Assembly: GCA_965208155.1 (NCBI GenBank)
Contig: OZ242322.1
Location: 100,305-164,304 of the forward strand
Reading direction: 5' to 3'
DNA length: 64,000 bases
DNA from: Thermodesulfobacteriota bacterium
GTDB taxonomy: Bacteria; Desulfobacterota_D; UBA1144; Nemesobacterales; Nemesobacteraceae
Under the pieces are notes generated by a model that searched no databases, was not told where the DNA came from, and saw nothing but the letters and a program-made list of their open reading frames with translations. Shown here in pieces: positions 52,202 through 61,272 of the stretch (its first letter is position 1; each line of letters begins with the position of its first letter). A program made the translations under genes and the position numbers.

Positions 52202-52861
52202 ATGAATATGGAACTGGAAAAGCTCAAGTTCAGCGACAAAGGCCTTTTGCCCGTGATAGTGCAGGACGCATCAAGCGGGCGGGTGCTTATGCTCGCGTAT
52301 GCGAACAAAGAAGCTCTGGAGATGACCGTCAGGACTGGAAGGACTCACTTCTGGAGCAGGTCAAGAAAAAAGATCTGGAACAAGGGAGAAGAATCAGGCC
52401 ATTTTCAGGACGTAAAGGAAATCTTCGTTGACTGCGACTGCGATACGGTGCTAATAACCGTGGAGCAGACCGGGGCAGCCTGCCACACCGGAGAGCCGAC
52501 ATGCTTTTACAGATCGGGGGACATGGAAGAAAAAGTTGCCCCCGTGTTCGAGGAAGCCTCGCTTAAAAAGGTGTTCTCCGTAATAGAAGACAGGAAACAG
52601 AACCCCAGGGAAGGCTCATACGTAAGCGGCCTTATGAAAGGCGGGATTGACAGGATACTTAAAAAAATCGGAGAGGAAGCCGGCGAAACAATAATAGCCG
52701 CCAAGAACGGGGATAAAGACGAGCTTGTCTACGAACTTACCGATTTGTGGTTCCATTCCATGGTGCTTCTCTGCGAAGCGGGCCTCGACCCTCAGGACAT
52801 ATCAGATGAACTTGAGAGAAGGTTCGGCAGGCGCAAGGAAGAGTACGCGCAGGAAAAGTAA
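52202..52861 (+). CDS. hisIE: Bifunctional phosphoribosyl-AMP cyclohydrolase/PR-ATP pyrophosphatase
   Basis: [34 protein letters not shown]. Confidence 0.95.
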   Translation: MNMELEKLKFSDKGLLPVIVQDASSGRVLMLAYANKEALEMTVRTGRTHFWSRSRKKIWNKGEESGHFQDVKEIFVDCDCDTVLITVEQTGAACHTGEPTCFYRSGDMEEKVAPVFEEASLKKVFSVIEDRKQNPREGSYVSGLMKGGIDRILKKIGEEAGETIIAAKNGDKDELVYELTDLWFHSMVLLCEAGLDPQDISDELERRFGRRKEEYAQEK

Positions 52862-52879
52862 CAGCACGGGAAGCGTCTG

Positions 52880-53380
52880 CTACATTTTGCCCTTGGGAGG
52901 CCTGTGCTTTTTAGGCCTGTCCTTCTCCTCTATGTACTCTCCTATGTGAGTTCTACTTCTAACCGAAGGCGGCAGGTTAGAGAGATCGGGCTTAGGCATA
53001 TTGGTTGAGAGGTCTCTGGTAAAAGCGAAAGTCGAGATGACTTTCTCCACTTTCTTTTTCTCCCCGCAGTAGCACTTTACGTTTTTCTCGTCCCCATCTT
53101 CGTATATAAGCTCGGAAAATCTGTAGTTTCGCATGTTAAAAAGCGCAAGCAGGGCTCCGTCCTTAAGATAGAAATCGCTGAATATGGAATCTTTTCCCTT
53201 CCTTCCATGCTTTGCGACTATCTCTTCGCGTTCAAGGTCGATAACTTCTATGGCGTAGATGTTGTCATATTTCTCGACAAGGCCTTTTACGGTCTCCTTG
53301 TCCCGCTTTCTCTCAAGAGCCTTGAGTGATTTCTCAACATTGCCTCTGCACTTGGCACATTCAAATTCATAGAGGGGCAT
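52880..53380 (-). CDS. FmdB-like zinc-ribbon protein with large insertion
   Basis: MPLYEFECAKC ... VKCYCG..VEKVISTF. Confidence 0.65.
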   Translation of the reverse strand: MPLYEFECAKCRGNVEKSLKALERKRDKETVKGLVEKYDNIYAIEVIDLEREEIVAKHGRKGKDSIFSDFYLKDGALLALFNMRNYRFSELIYEDGDEKNVKCYCGEKKKVEKVISTFAFTRDLSTNMPKPDLSNLPPSVRSRTHIGEYIEEKDRPKKHRPPKGKM

Positions 53381-53389
53381 TTGCGTCTC

Positions 53390-53893
53390 CTATCTGTTGA
53401 AATACTGGCCCAGGTGATCCTGCCCGACCCAGTCGCTTGCTATTTCTTCATCCTTTTGCTGTTTGTATTCAAGATGCCATCTAAGCTCATCCCCAGGACC
53501 TGGAGCTCTTTTGCTCTTGTCGTCGAATATAGCCTTGAAGGTGGAAAAAACCCTTCTCACCTCCTCCGAACCGTCGCAAAGAGGACATTTGACTTCCTCC
53601 TGGTCGTCGTCCCCGTACACAAGATGGTTGAAACGGAAATTCTTAAGCTCAAGGTAAAGCACCTTTCCGTTATCCAGCTTGTAACGAAACCTTCTCGCGC
53701 CGCTTATGCCCCTTTCCCCCAGCTCGAAGAAAAATTTTCCGCTCTTGTCGTTTGTGACTTCAATGTAACAGAAATTGCGGTTCTGCTTGAAAACTTTCTT
53801 TGCGTTCGTCTTGGTAAGCTTAGCAACCAGATTGTCTATATCCGTGTTGTAACTCTCCATGCAACTGTCGCATTCATATTCGTATAACGGCAC
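53390..53893 (-). CDS. FmdB-like zinc-ribbon protein with large insertion (paralogue)
   Basis: MPLYEYECDSC ... VKCPLCDG..VRRVFSTF; GGAGG RBS. Confidence 0.68.
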   Translation of the reverse strand: MPLYEYECDSCMESYNTDIDNLVAKLTKTNAKKVFKQNRNFCYIEVTNDKSGKFFFELGERGISGARRFRYKLDNGKVLYLELKNFRFNHLVYGDDDQEEVKCPLCDGSEEVRRVFSTFKAIFDDKSKRAPGPGDELRWHLEYKQQKDEEIASDWVGQDHLGQYFNR

Positions 53894-54015
53894 CTTGCGC
53901 CTCCAGGAAAACTTTTAATCCCGAAGATTATAAACAATATTATCTGAGTTTAAAGCCCGAAACGGCCCAAGCGTCCAAAACATTGCTGAAACAAAGCAGG
54001 TTATGGTTCATAATT

Positions 54016-54675
54016 ATGAAAATGAAAAAAGCCGGGAACCCGAAAACGCCCCGTGGGCAAAACGGAAAAAACAACCTCCCCGCGGGTAAAGATCTGAATT
54101 TCGTCGCCGTTGACGTCGAGACAGCCAATTCAAACGTCTCAAGCATATGCCAAGTGGGAATCGCCGTGGTCAGATCGGCGGAGAGCAAAGACGTATGGAC
54201 GCAGTTTATTGATCCTCATGATTTTTTTGATCCGTACAATATAGCCATACACGGCATAGACCAAAAGATGGTAAGCGGCTGCCCCCGGTTTGAAGAGCTA
54301 TGCGACAAGATCGCGCGACTTCTGGGAGAAATCGTCGTAAGCCATACATTTTTTGACCGCAGGGCAATCTCAAAAGCGTTTGAGGAATGTGGAAAACCTC
54401 TTCGTTACGGAATCTGGATTGACAGCGCACAGGTAGCGCGACGCGCCTGGCCGGATAAATACGCCCTCAGGGGTTACAATCTCGGGAATATTGCCCGCGA
54501 TCTTGGAATCCGCTTTCGCCACCACGACGCCGGAGAAGACGCAAGAGTTGCAGCTGAAATTGTTATAAGGGCATACGCGGATACCGCATTCGGAATAACC
54601 GGGCTGCTGGACCTGGGGACCGGAGCAAAACACTGCAAGTCCCAGCCAGAAACTGAATCGAAACCACCCGGATAA
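54016..54675 (+). CDS. DEDDh 3'-5' exonuclease (DNA Pol III epsilon-like)
   Basis: VAVDVETAN, IHGI, SHTFFD, HHDAGEDA. Confidence 0.87.
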   Translation: MKMKKAGNPKTPRGQNGKNNLPAGKDLNFVAVDVETANSNVSSICQVGIAVVRSAESKDVWTQFIDPHDFFDPYNIAIHGIDQKMVSGCPRFEELCDKIARLLGEIVVSHTFFDRRAISKAFEECGKPLRYGIWIDSAQVARRAWPDKYALRGYNLGNIARDLGIRFRHHDAGEDARVAAEIVIRAYADTAFGITGLLDLGTGAKHCKSQPETESKPPG

Positions 54676-54797
54676 GCCCACTGATTGTGGAAGGATTTTC
54701 GGAGAACATTGCCATCTGAGTGGATCCGCTTTGCCTTAATCCTGTATTAAGGGCTATCTTCTTAAATCTATTTGAAAACCCCTGCCTTCAACAGAGA

Positions 54798-54842
54798 GTG
54801 CGGTCAAAAAGTCTTGACTGCACGCGGAGTTCTTAATATTCT
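54798..54842 (+). promoter_or_regulatory. Promoter with inverted repeat over the -35 box
   Basis: GTGCGGTCAA-N6-TTGACTGCAC; TTGACT-N17-TATTCT. Confidence 0.45.
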
Positions 54843-54938
54843 CGAAATTGAAAACCTTAGAGAAAACCGATAAATTTGCTATGACTGTTTAGTTCATCTG
54901 CAGGAGCTACCACAAAGACCACGCTAGAAGGCAATATT

Positions 54939-56150
54939 TTGAAAATCTCGGCATTAAAAGCAGTTTTTATTTGTGTACTGACATTTATATGCGTTTTTTT
55001 CTATATGCATTCAGCCTCGGCCCACGGCAAGCACGCAAACGACAGTAAAGAAACCGTGACAGCCAGCAAAGCAGGGAACAGCCGAAGCGCCATGCAAGAA
55101 TTTGTACTGCACGCAAAAGCGCACTGGGAAGTTCCGGTTCCTCGTGAACAAAGCCTTGATCTCTGGCAGCAGATACTGGGAGAAGTGCAAGAGGGAGGGG
55201 ACTGGAGGTCCGGTTCCAGCTACCTCATTCTAGTTGACAAACAAGGCAGATCCATAGCTCACGGATATTATGAATCAGCCCACGGCCACGACATAACCGT
55301 CTGGCGGGACGCAAGAGGAACCGACGTAGTGCAAGAACTCATCAAGGTTGCTCAAGCCAATGAGCGGGGAGGTTTTGTTGATTATTACTGGGATGACCCC
55401 GATGATCCCTCGGACAACAGCACCTCGCCCAAGTCAGCCTACGCAGTTAATTACACAGTCCGCGCGTTGGGGATTGAACTCGTCCTGATCGGGGGCCTTC
55501 ATCACGAGGAAGTGATCCCATCCATGCTTGAAGTCTTCAAAGAATACGTGCCCGAAGTGAAGGCAAGCACCGTAAGAGATCCCGACACTTTGAAGAATTT
55601 CGTGGAAAAAGCGACTGAATTTGTTAATCACGTATATGAGACTACGCAGGGCAATATGGACATCACAAACCTGCTGACAGTAAGCAACAGAGATGAAACC
55701 TGGAAACACAATGAAATCTACCTTTTCGCCATGACCAAGCAAGGTCTTGTAGTGTTCAATGGCAACGATCCGGATCTCGTTAAAACACTCGCTTTTAATC
55801 CTATGAACGTAATAGACGAAAACGAGTTTGAAATTGGGAAAGAAATGGTCAAGACAGCAGAGAAAGGAGGAGGCTTTGTCTACTATTTATGGGACAATCC
55901 GTTGGTTGAGGGAGACGAAATCAACGAGGTAGGCAGGGCAAAGGGAACTTCATTCAAGGTAGGATATGTAAAGCAAGTAACACTCGGCGATGACACCTAT
56001 ATTCTCGGTTCCGGCTTTTATCCTGAGGAAGGAGAGAAGTACCTAACCAGATTCAGAGAGGAAGGTAGAGTTACACGTGGAATCATTACCGTATGTCTGA
56101 TTCTACTTTTCGTATTAGGGGCAGTCTGGTGGAAACTGCGCAAGCGGTAA
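54939..56150 (+). CDS. Exported tandem Cache-domain protein with C-terminal TM anchor
   Basis: ASA|H signal; FVLHAKAH; two GGFV.Y.WD.P Cache_2-like repeats; TM + KLRKR. Confidence 0.78.
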   Translation: MKISALKAVFICVLTFICVFFYMHSASAHGKHANDSKETVTASKAGNSRSAMQEFVLHAKAHWEVPVPREQSLDLWQQILGEVQEGGDWRSGSSYLILVDKQGRSIAHGYYESAHGHDITVWRDARGTDVVQELIKVAQANERGGFVDYYWDDPDDPSDNSTSPKSAYAVNYTVRALGIELVLIGGLHHEEVIPSMLEVFKEYVPEVKASTVRDPDTLKNFVEKATEFVNHVYETTQGNMDITNLLTVSNRDETWKHNEIYLFAMTKQGLVVFNGNDPDLVKTLAFNPMNVIDENEFEIGKEMVKTAEKGGGFVYYLWDNPLVEGDEINEVGRAKGTSFKVGYVKQVTLGDDTYILGSGFYPEEGEKYLTRFREEGRVTRGIITVCLILLFVLGAVWWKLRKR

Positions 56151-56163
56151 GAGAGAACCGGAA

Positions 56164-56637
56164 TCAGTCCGCATCCTTAAGCCACCTCGCCAGCGCTTTG
56201 TCCGGGTCGGTTATCTCTTCTACGGAACCATACAAGTAAGCTTCCCAGCCCTTTTCAGGCATACCGGCAAACAGCATAAGGTTAAGCGGATACACCTCGC
56301 TGTCAGTGCATCTGCGGAAGTCATCCCGGAACAGAAATACGGGTTTGTCCCAAGCAATAGCCATCCCCAGTTCCACCATAACCCCTTCGTCCGGCGGACA
56401 TCCGTTGACAACCGCAAACAACCCATCGGCCTCACGCACGTCCCTAAGGTCCGACTGCCCAACCCGATAGGCCCAACCGGCAACCGCCTTGTCAATCTGA
56501 TTATTCCGGGAAAACGGCTCCCATACCTCAGCTCCCATTGATTCCAGAACATCAACAAGAGCCACCAAAGGCCCTTCGCGCTGCTGTACGGAAAAGCCGT
56601 AGGGATTAGCCAGATAAAGGGTTTTTCGTTTCGTCAT
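56164..56637 (-). CDS. Nucleoside 2-deoxyribosyltransferase family
   Basis: YLANPYGFS, DEGVMVELGMAIA, LNLML. Confidence 0.85.
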   Translation of the reverse strand: MTKRKTLYLANPYGFSVQQREGPLVALVDVLESMGAEVWEPFSRNNQIDKAVAGWAYRVGQSDLRDVREADGLFAVVNGCPPDEGVMVELGMAIAWDKPVFLFRDDFRRCTDSEVYPLNLMLFAGMPEKGWEAYLYGSVEEITDPDKALARWLKDAD

Positions 56638-56710
56638 AGTGTTTCCACCTGAGAGCAAGAACCCTCAGGTCTCATGTCATGGTCGGAGAAAAACGCTTCA
56701 GACACAAGCT

Positions 56711-57226
56711 CTATTCTCCGTCCGTTCCGGATCCAGAACCACCTATCTTTTGAAGTTTCTCACGAAGTTCCACGCTGTCAAGCGAGTCAAACGGAAGGGC
56801 CAGAAACGCAGTGACACGCTCTTTTAGCAACTCGTAGGCTTTTTCAAAAGCTTTTAGTTGCTCAGCTTCAGTTCCCTCAACGCCCGCGGGGTCCGCAAGA
56901 CCCCAGTGAGCCATGACCGGCCTCCCCGGCCACACGGGACAAGGTTCATTCGCCGCATTGTCACACACCGTAAAGACAAAATCCATTAAAGGAGCATCTT
57001 CCACCTCAAACTCATCCCAGGATTTGGAACGCAGATTCTCAATGTCGTGTCCCTTGCCGAGCAAGAGATCAAGAGCACGGGGGTGAACCTCTCCCCGGGG
57101 ATGACTGCCCGCACTGTAGCCAATAAATTTTCCGTCGCTATTGTGATTCAAAAGAGATTCAGCAATGATCGAACGGGCTGAATTGCCCGTGCAGAGGAAC
57201 AGCACCTTGTAGGTTCGCCTCTCCAA
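56711..57226 (-). CDS. arsC: Arsenate reductase (LMW-PTP fold)
   Basis: LFLCTGNSARS, TVCDNAANEPCPVWPG, HWGLADP. Confidence 0.88.
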   Translation of the reverse strand: MERRTYKVLFLCTGNSARSIIAESLLNHNSDGKFIGYSAGSHPRGEVHPRALDLLLGKGHDIENLRSKSWDEFEVEDAPLMDFVFTVCDNAANEPCPVWPGRPVMAHWGLADPAGVEGTEAEQLKAFEKAYELLKERVTAFLALPFDSLDSVELREKLQKIGGSGSGTDGE

Positions 57227-57298
57227 TTTTTTATCTCCGCAATTTTCCCGGCAAGTATACCGAAGCAGGCAATTCTTTTGCCGACGCGGTTTGTGCCA

Positions 57299-59053
57299 CT
57301 ACATTGTTTCCGATTCCGAACGGCTACGATATTCCAGAAGACATGACCTTCCGAGAATCTCTATAACACGCACCAGTTTCTCCAGCCCTTCAGAGTCAGT
57401 AAAAAGCAGTTCTTCTCCGGGAATAAAGTGGACCGGCTGTTGCTTTCCCTTTTCAATAGCAATATTTGAAGCATAAAAATAGGTGCGGTCATGTGTATCC
57501 CGAATGGGGTTCAACCTCCCATTCAATCCCGGGATTCGTCCCGTAGACTCGGTGAAAATTATTGAACCGCCTTCGGGTAAAGCTCCAAGTTCTACGGCAA
57601 GAGACGTTTCCGCGGGAATCCAGTTCCGTTCAAGATGCGCCGCAAACCCTTCGGCCGCGACAAACACCGTCATCGGCAAATGAACCGAATGGAGGCTGAC
57701 TGTCGCCTCTCCGTTCTCATCCGTAACGGCAAATTTCCATGTCTTGTTGGGAAAAAGAACCTGTACATTCGCCCCGGCCAGAGGTCTGCCCAAATTGCGT
57801 ACCGTAATTACAGGACTTGCCGCTTCAGCATCCAGAGAAGCCGCGGGAATGGTAAGGCAAAGCTCCGCTCCGTCAATAAGTTTATATTCGGGGACTTTAC
57901 CGGAAAGTTCCCGGGTTTCGCGCCGGATGATGGGAACACCGTCTCCTCTTCTCTCCATAAAAAACTGTCTGTCCCCAGAACCTTTCGTGTTTCCAACGGG
58001 CATTCGTCCAAGCACCGAGGCGAGTATCTCGTTTCGCGTGGACTGTCGAATGTCCATACTGTCCACAGTAAGGTTGTTCGGAAGCGCGCCCGGAGACAGT
58101 ATCTCAATGCGGTCCTCGAACATGGAAACACGAATCCTGCTCCCCCTTACAGAATAATCCCTGTGGACAACAGCGTTTACAATGGCCTCAAAAACCGCTC
58201 TCTCGCTGTACTGCGGCACATCGACCCGGGCAGGCTCCTTGCGTGCCGCAGTCTTCATGTTTCTCAGAATAAAAGCCACCGCATCGGCAATCTGCCGGTT
58301 GATCGGCCCATCAATTTCCTGTGCGTCGATCTGCTTTGATGCCCTGTCTCTGCCAAGATAGCTAGTGGCCATTATGCAGGAGTTGGGAAGCAGCCGTGCC
58401 GGGGAAGCGCTGCAAAGCAGAACACCAGCTACAGTTGCCCTCCTGACGCCGGCTTCATCCTCTATGAGCAGGCCCATCTTTAAAAGCGCAAGTTCAGGAT
58501 TAACAGCACTCTCGGCACTTAACAACGGACTCCAAAGATCCCTGCTCAGCGTTTGAAATCCGGTTTCAGCCACCGCCTGTTTGTCGAACCAGAGAAAACG
58601 CGACTGCCCCCTTGTTTGAGCCAGACGCAGTCTTTCATCGCTTGTCATTCGGCGCTTTGAACTTCCAGTGCGGCGGAAACTGCCTCCGGGACTGTCATGC
58701 TGCGAGTAGCCCTCGGGTATTTCGACCAGCAAGACCGTTCCTTTTCCTTCTATCCTTTTGCGAAAGGTATTTATGTGGACAGAAGGCTTTATCGAATCAG
58801 AACATATTTCAACCAAAAGCTTCTCAAGCTCTTCCATCTGGCCACTGGACATATTCTGCGCTTCTCCACCGTCTGTAACCCCGCAAAGCAATATGCCGCC
58901 ATTTGCATTTGTAAACGCAGCTATTTCATCGGCCAGGTCATCACGGCTTGGGCTTATGGGACGATCCCCTTTAAATTCAATCTGTTTGAATTCCCAGTTG
59001 CTATCCTCACCTAACGACAGCTGCTCTGGAATCTGTTCGCTACTGTAACTCAT
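57299..59053 (-). CDS. Schlafen/AlbA_2 + HATPase_c_4 protein with unusual beta-rich C-terminus
   Basis: EDSNWEFK, AAFTNANGG.LLCGV.D; EAIVNAVVHRDY, DRIEILSPG. Confidence 0.82.
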   Translation of the reverse strand: MSYSSEQIPEQLSLGEDSNWEFKQIEFKGDRPISPSRDDLADEIAAFTNANGGILLCGVTDGGEAQNMSSGQMEELEKLLVEICSDSIKPSVHINTFRKRIEGKGTVLLVEIPEGYSQHDSPGGSFRRTGSSKRRMTSDERLRLAQTRGQSRFLWFDKQAVAETGFQTLSRDLWSPLLSAESAVNPELALLKMGLLIEDEAGVRRATVAGVLLCSASPARLLPNSCIMATSYLGRDRASKQIDAQEIDGPINRQIADAVAFILRNMKTAARKEPARVDVPQYSERAVFEAIVNAVVHRDYSVRGSRIRVSMFEDRIEILSPGALPNNLTVDSMDIRQSTRNEILASVLGRMPVGNTKGSGDRQFFMERRGDGVPIIRRETRELSGKVPEYKLIDGAELCLTIPAASLDAEAASPVITVRNLGRPLAGANVQVLFPNKTWKFAVTDENGEATVSLHSVHLPMTVFVAAEGFAAHLERNWIPAETSLAVELGALPEGGSIIFTESTGRIPGLNGRLNPIRDTHDRTYFYASNIAIEKGKQQPVHFIPGEELLFTDSEGLEKLVRVIEILGRSCLLEYRSRSESETM

Positions 59054-59103
59054 GCCGGATAAATTATACGTTAAAGACTCACCCGCAAACAACTCTTCTG
59101 AGA

Positions 59104-59132
59104 AGTATACGGCAGCAGGAAAAGTTTGTCGA
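59104..59132 (-). promoter_or_regulatory. Sigma70 promoter upstream of the Schlafen gene
   Basis: TCGACA-N17-TATACT on the minus strand. Confidence 0.55.
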
Positions 59133-59374
59133 CGCAGATGAGTTCCACTCCGTTTCGGAACTTGTTCATAACAACAAAGATTGATAATCTTTGTTGTGAA
59201 GTGGATGTTCTGACGCGGGAAGGACTCCATGCTGGCATCAGGGAAAGCATAATCAAGGAGTCCGAACGGATATTCTGAATCTCAGGAACCCGGCCCCTAT
59301 AGCAAGCAGAAACTCAAACTCCTTAAACTACCGTTTAGACAAGACGCCGGGGCTTAATAGTATATAATTTCTCC

Positions 59375-60160
59375 ATGGCTGAAAACAAAGAAATTCTCGT
59401 AAAGACGGAGGGTTCAATCTGCACCCTTACTCTCAATCGCCCTGAGAAAAGAAACTCGCTTACCCCGGAAATTCTAAGACTTTTAACCGAGGAATTTCTA
59501 AAACTGGGAAAAACCACTGAAATCAGATGTGTTGTCATAAGAGGAAGCGGTAATAGAGCTTTCTGCTCAGGATATGATATAGCCGCAATATCCGAGGAAG
59601 AAGTTGCTATCGAAAACGGTCATCCCCTCACCGAAGCCATGCGGGCGGTCAAGTCCTACCCTCTTCCCGTAATAGCAATGATAAACGGTCATGCTTTCGG
59701 GGCGGGACTCGAACTCGCGGCGACTTGTGACCTGAGAATATGCGCCGATGACGCGAAACTGGCAATCCCGCCCGTAAAACTGGGAGTCACATACCATTAC
59801 AGCGGAATAAGGCAATTCCTTAACTTGGTGGGTCCCGGGTTTACGAGGGAACTTTTTCTTACCGGAGACCCCGTCAGCGCAGAAAGGGCACTGGAAAAAG
59901 GGCTCGTCGACCACGTTGTAAAAAGAGACAAGCTTGAAGAGTTCACTTATGGGCTTGCAGAGGGAATAAGTGAAAACGCTCCGCTTTCCATGATATCGAT
60001 GAAGAAGATGATAAACATATGGGAACAAGGGGAACCACTATCAGAAGAAAATGAAGAACTAATAAGGTCTCTTTTCGCCGAGGTGAGGAAAAGCAGCGAC
60101 TCCAGGGAAGGGAAAAAAGCTTTTCTTGAAAAGAGAAAGCCGGTTTTCAAGGGGAAATAA
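59375..60160 (+). CDS. Enoyl-CoA hydratase/isomerase family
   Basis: LNRPEKRNSL, FCSGYDI, INGHAFGAGLELA..CDLR, FLEKRKPVF. Confidence 0.9.
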   Translation: MAENKEILVKTEGSICTLTLNRPEKRNSLTPEILRLLTEEFLKLGKTTEIRCVVIRGSGNRAFCSGYDIAAISEEEVAIENGHPLTEAMRAVKSYPLPVIAMINGHAFGAGLELAATCDLRICADDAKLAIPPVKLGVTYHYSGIRQFLNLVGPGFTRELFLTGDPVSAERALEKGLVDHVVKRDKLEEFTYGLAEGISENAPLSMISMKKMINIWEQGEPLSEENEELIRSLFAEVRKSSDSREGKKAFLEKRKPVFKGK

Positions 60161-60172
60161 TACTTCAGCGGT

Positions 60173-61078
60173 TCAGTCCCCGTAACCGAACTCCTTTATC
60201 AGAAGATCCCTCTGGGTCCAGTTCTCCTTTACCTTTACCCAGAGTTCCAGAAACAGCTTCACTCCAAGTATCCTCTCAATCTCAACCCTGGCCTCAGAAC
60301 CAATCTGCTTCAGCATTCCCCCGCCCTTCCCTATCAGAATCCCTTTGTGGCTTTTTCTCTCAACGTAAATTTCCGCGTTTATCCTGATCAGGTTACGTTC
60401 CGTGTCTTCGCTCCACCCCGAAACCACCACAGCCACCTTGTAGGGAATCTCTTTCCGCGTGAGGTTAAACACCTTCTCCCTTATGAGTTCGCTTACGTAA
60501 AAAATCTCGGGCTGATCCGTGAAAATATCATCGGGGAAATATTTCGGACCTTGCGGCAGATGTTTTTTGAGAAGCTGCGTGAGTTCCTCCACCCCGTCGC
60601 CCGTAAGAGCCGAAATGGGAACTATTTCGAGGAATTTGTCAGAAAATCTCTCGGCAGCTGAAAATATAGAAAGCAGCTTTGATTTCTTTACCTTGTCGAT
60701 TTTGTTCACGACGAACAAGGAGGGCTTGCTGAGCATTTTCAGTATGGATTCATCAGCCGCGCCGAAAGGTTTTTCGACATCCGTGACGAACATGAGAAGA
60801 TCAGCGTCCGACAGCGCACCGCTCACAGCCCGGGCCATTGATTTTCCGAGCCTGCTTTTGTCCCTGTAGACACCGGGGGTGTCGAGGAAAACAAGCTGGG
60901 AATCCTCGAAAGTCCTTACGCCCAGAATCCTGTTTCTCGTGGTGCTGGGCTTATCAGAAACGGCCGAAACCTTCTCTCCGACAATCGTGTTTACAAGGGT
61001 GGACTTGCCCACGTTGGGCCGTCCGACTACGGAAATAAAACCTGATCTGAAATTTTCCGCTGAATGCTCGTCTGGCAT
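60173..61078 (-). CDS. era: GTPase Era
   Basis: GRPNVGKSTL, DTPG, NKID, KH domain ILIGKGG. Confidence 0.96.
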   Translation of the reverse strand: MPDEHSAENFRSGFISVVGRPNVGKSTLVNTIVGEKVSAVSDKPSTTRNRILGVRTFEDSQLVFLDTPGVYRDKSRLGKSMARAVSGALSDADLLMFVTDVEKPFGAADESILKMLSKPSLFVVNKIDKVKKSKLLSIFSAAERFSDKFLEIVPISALTGDGVEELTQLLKKHLPQGPKYFPDDIFTDQPEIFYVSELIREKVFNLTRKEIPYKVAVVVSGWSEDTERNLIRINAEIYVERKSHKGILIGKGGGMLKQIGSEARVEIERILGVKLFLELWVKVKENWTQRDLLIKEFGYGD

Positions 61079-61156
61079 GGGAAATGATCTCCACTTCTAA
61101 AATAATTTAGTTCTTAACAGTATAGTTCGTAAACTTCGAGAATGAGACCTCAAAAC

Positions 61157-61184
61157 AAAAAAAAAGGCCCCGTTGAGAGGCCTT
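61157..61184 (-). terminator. Rho-independent terminator
   Basis: Minus strand GGCC-containing stem (AGGCCTCTCAACGGGGCC) followed by a T9 tract. Confidence 0.75.
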
Positions 61185-61272
61185 AGGTTCTCCTTGGAGA
61201 TTGCCTACGAAGCATTTGCTTCTTGTTATGAATAGCAAATTCGTGGCTTTTTCAGTCAGTTGTAAACTTTCT
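61157..61272 (-). ncRNA. Candidate tracrRNA
   Basis: Divergent from cas9; anti-repeat-like ...TTTGCTATTCATAACAAG, hairpins GAAGCA-AA-TGCTTC and TCTCC-AA-GGAGA, terminator; upstream TTGCAA-N16-TAAAAT. Confidence 0.65.

Noticed and set aside
59164-59200. TTCATAACAA/GTTGTGAA resemblance to the tracr anti-repeat
   Set aside because: Only 8-10 nt; explained by the local palindrome
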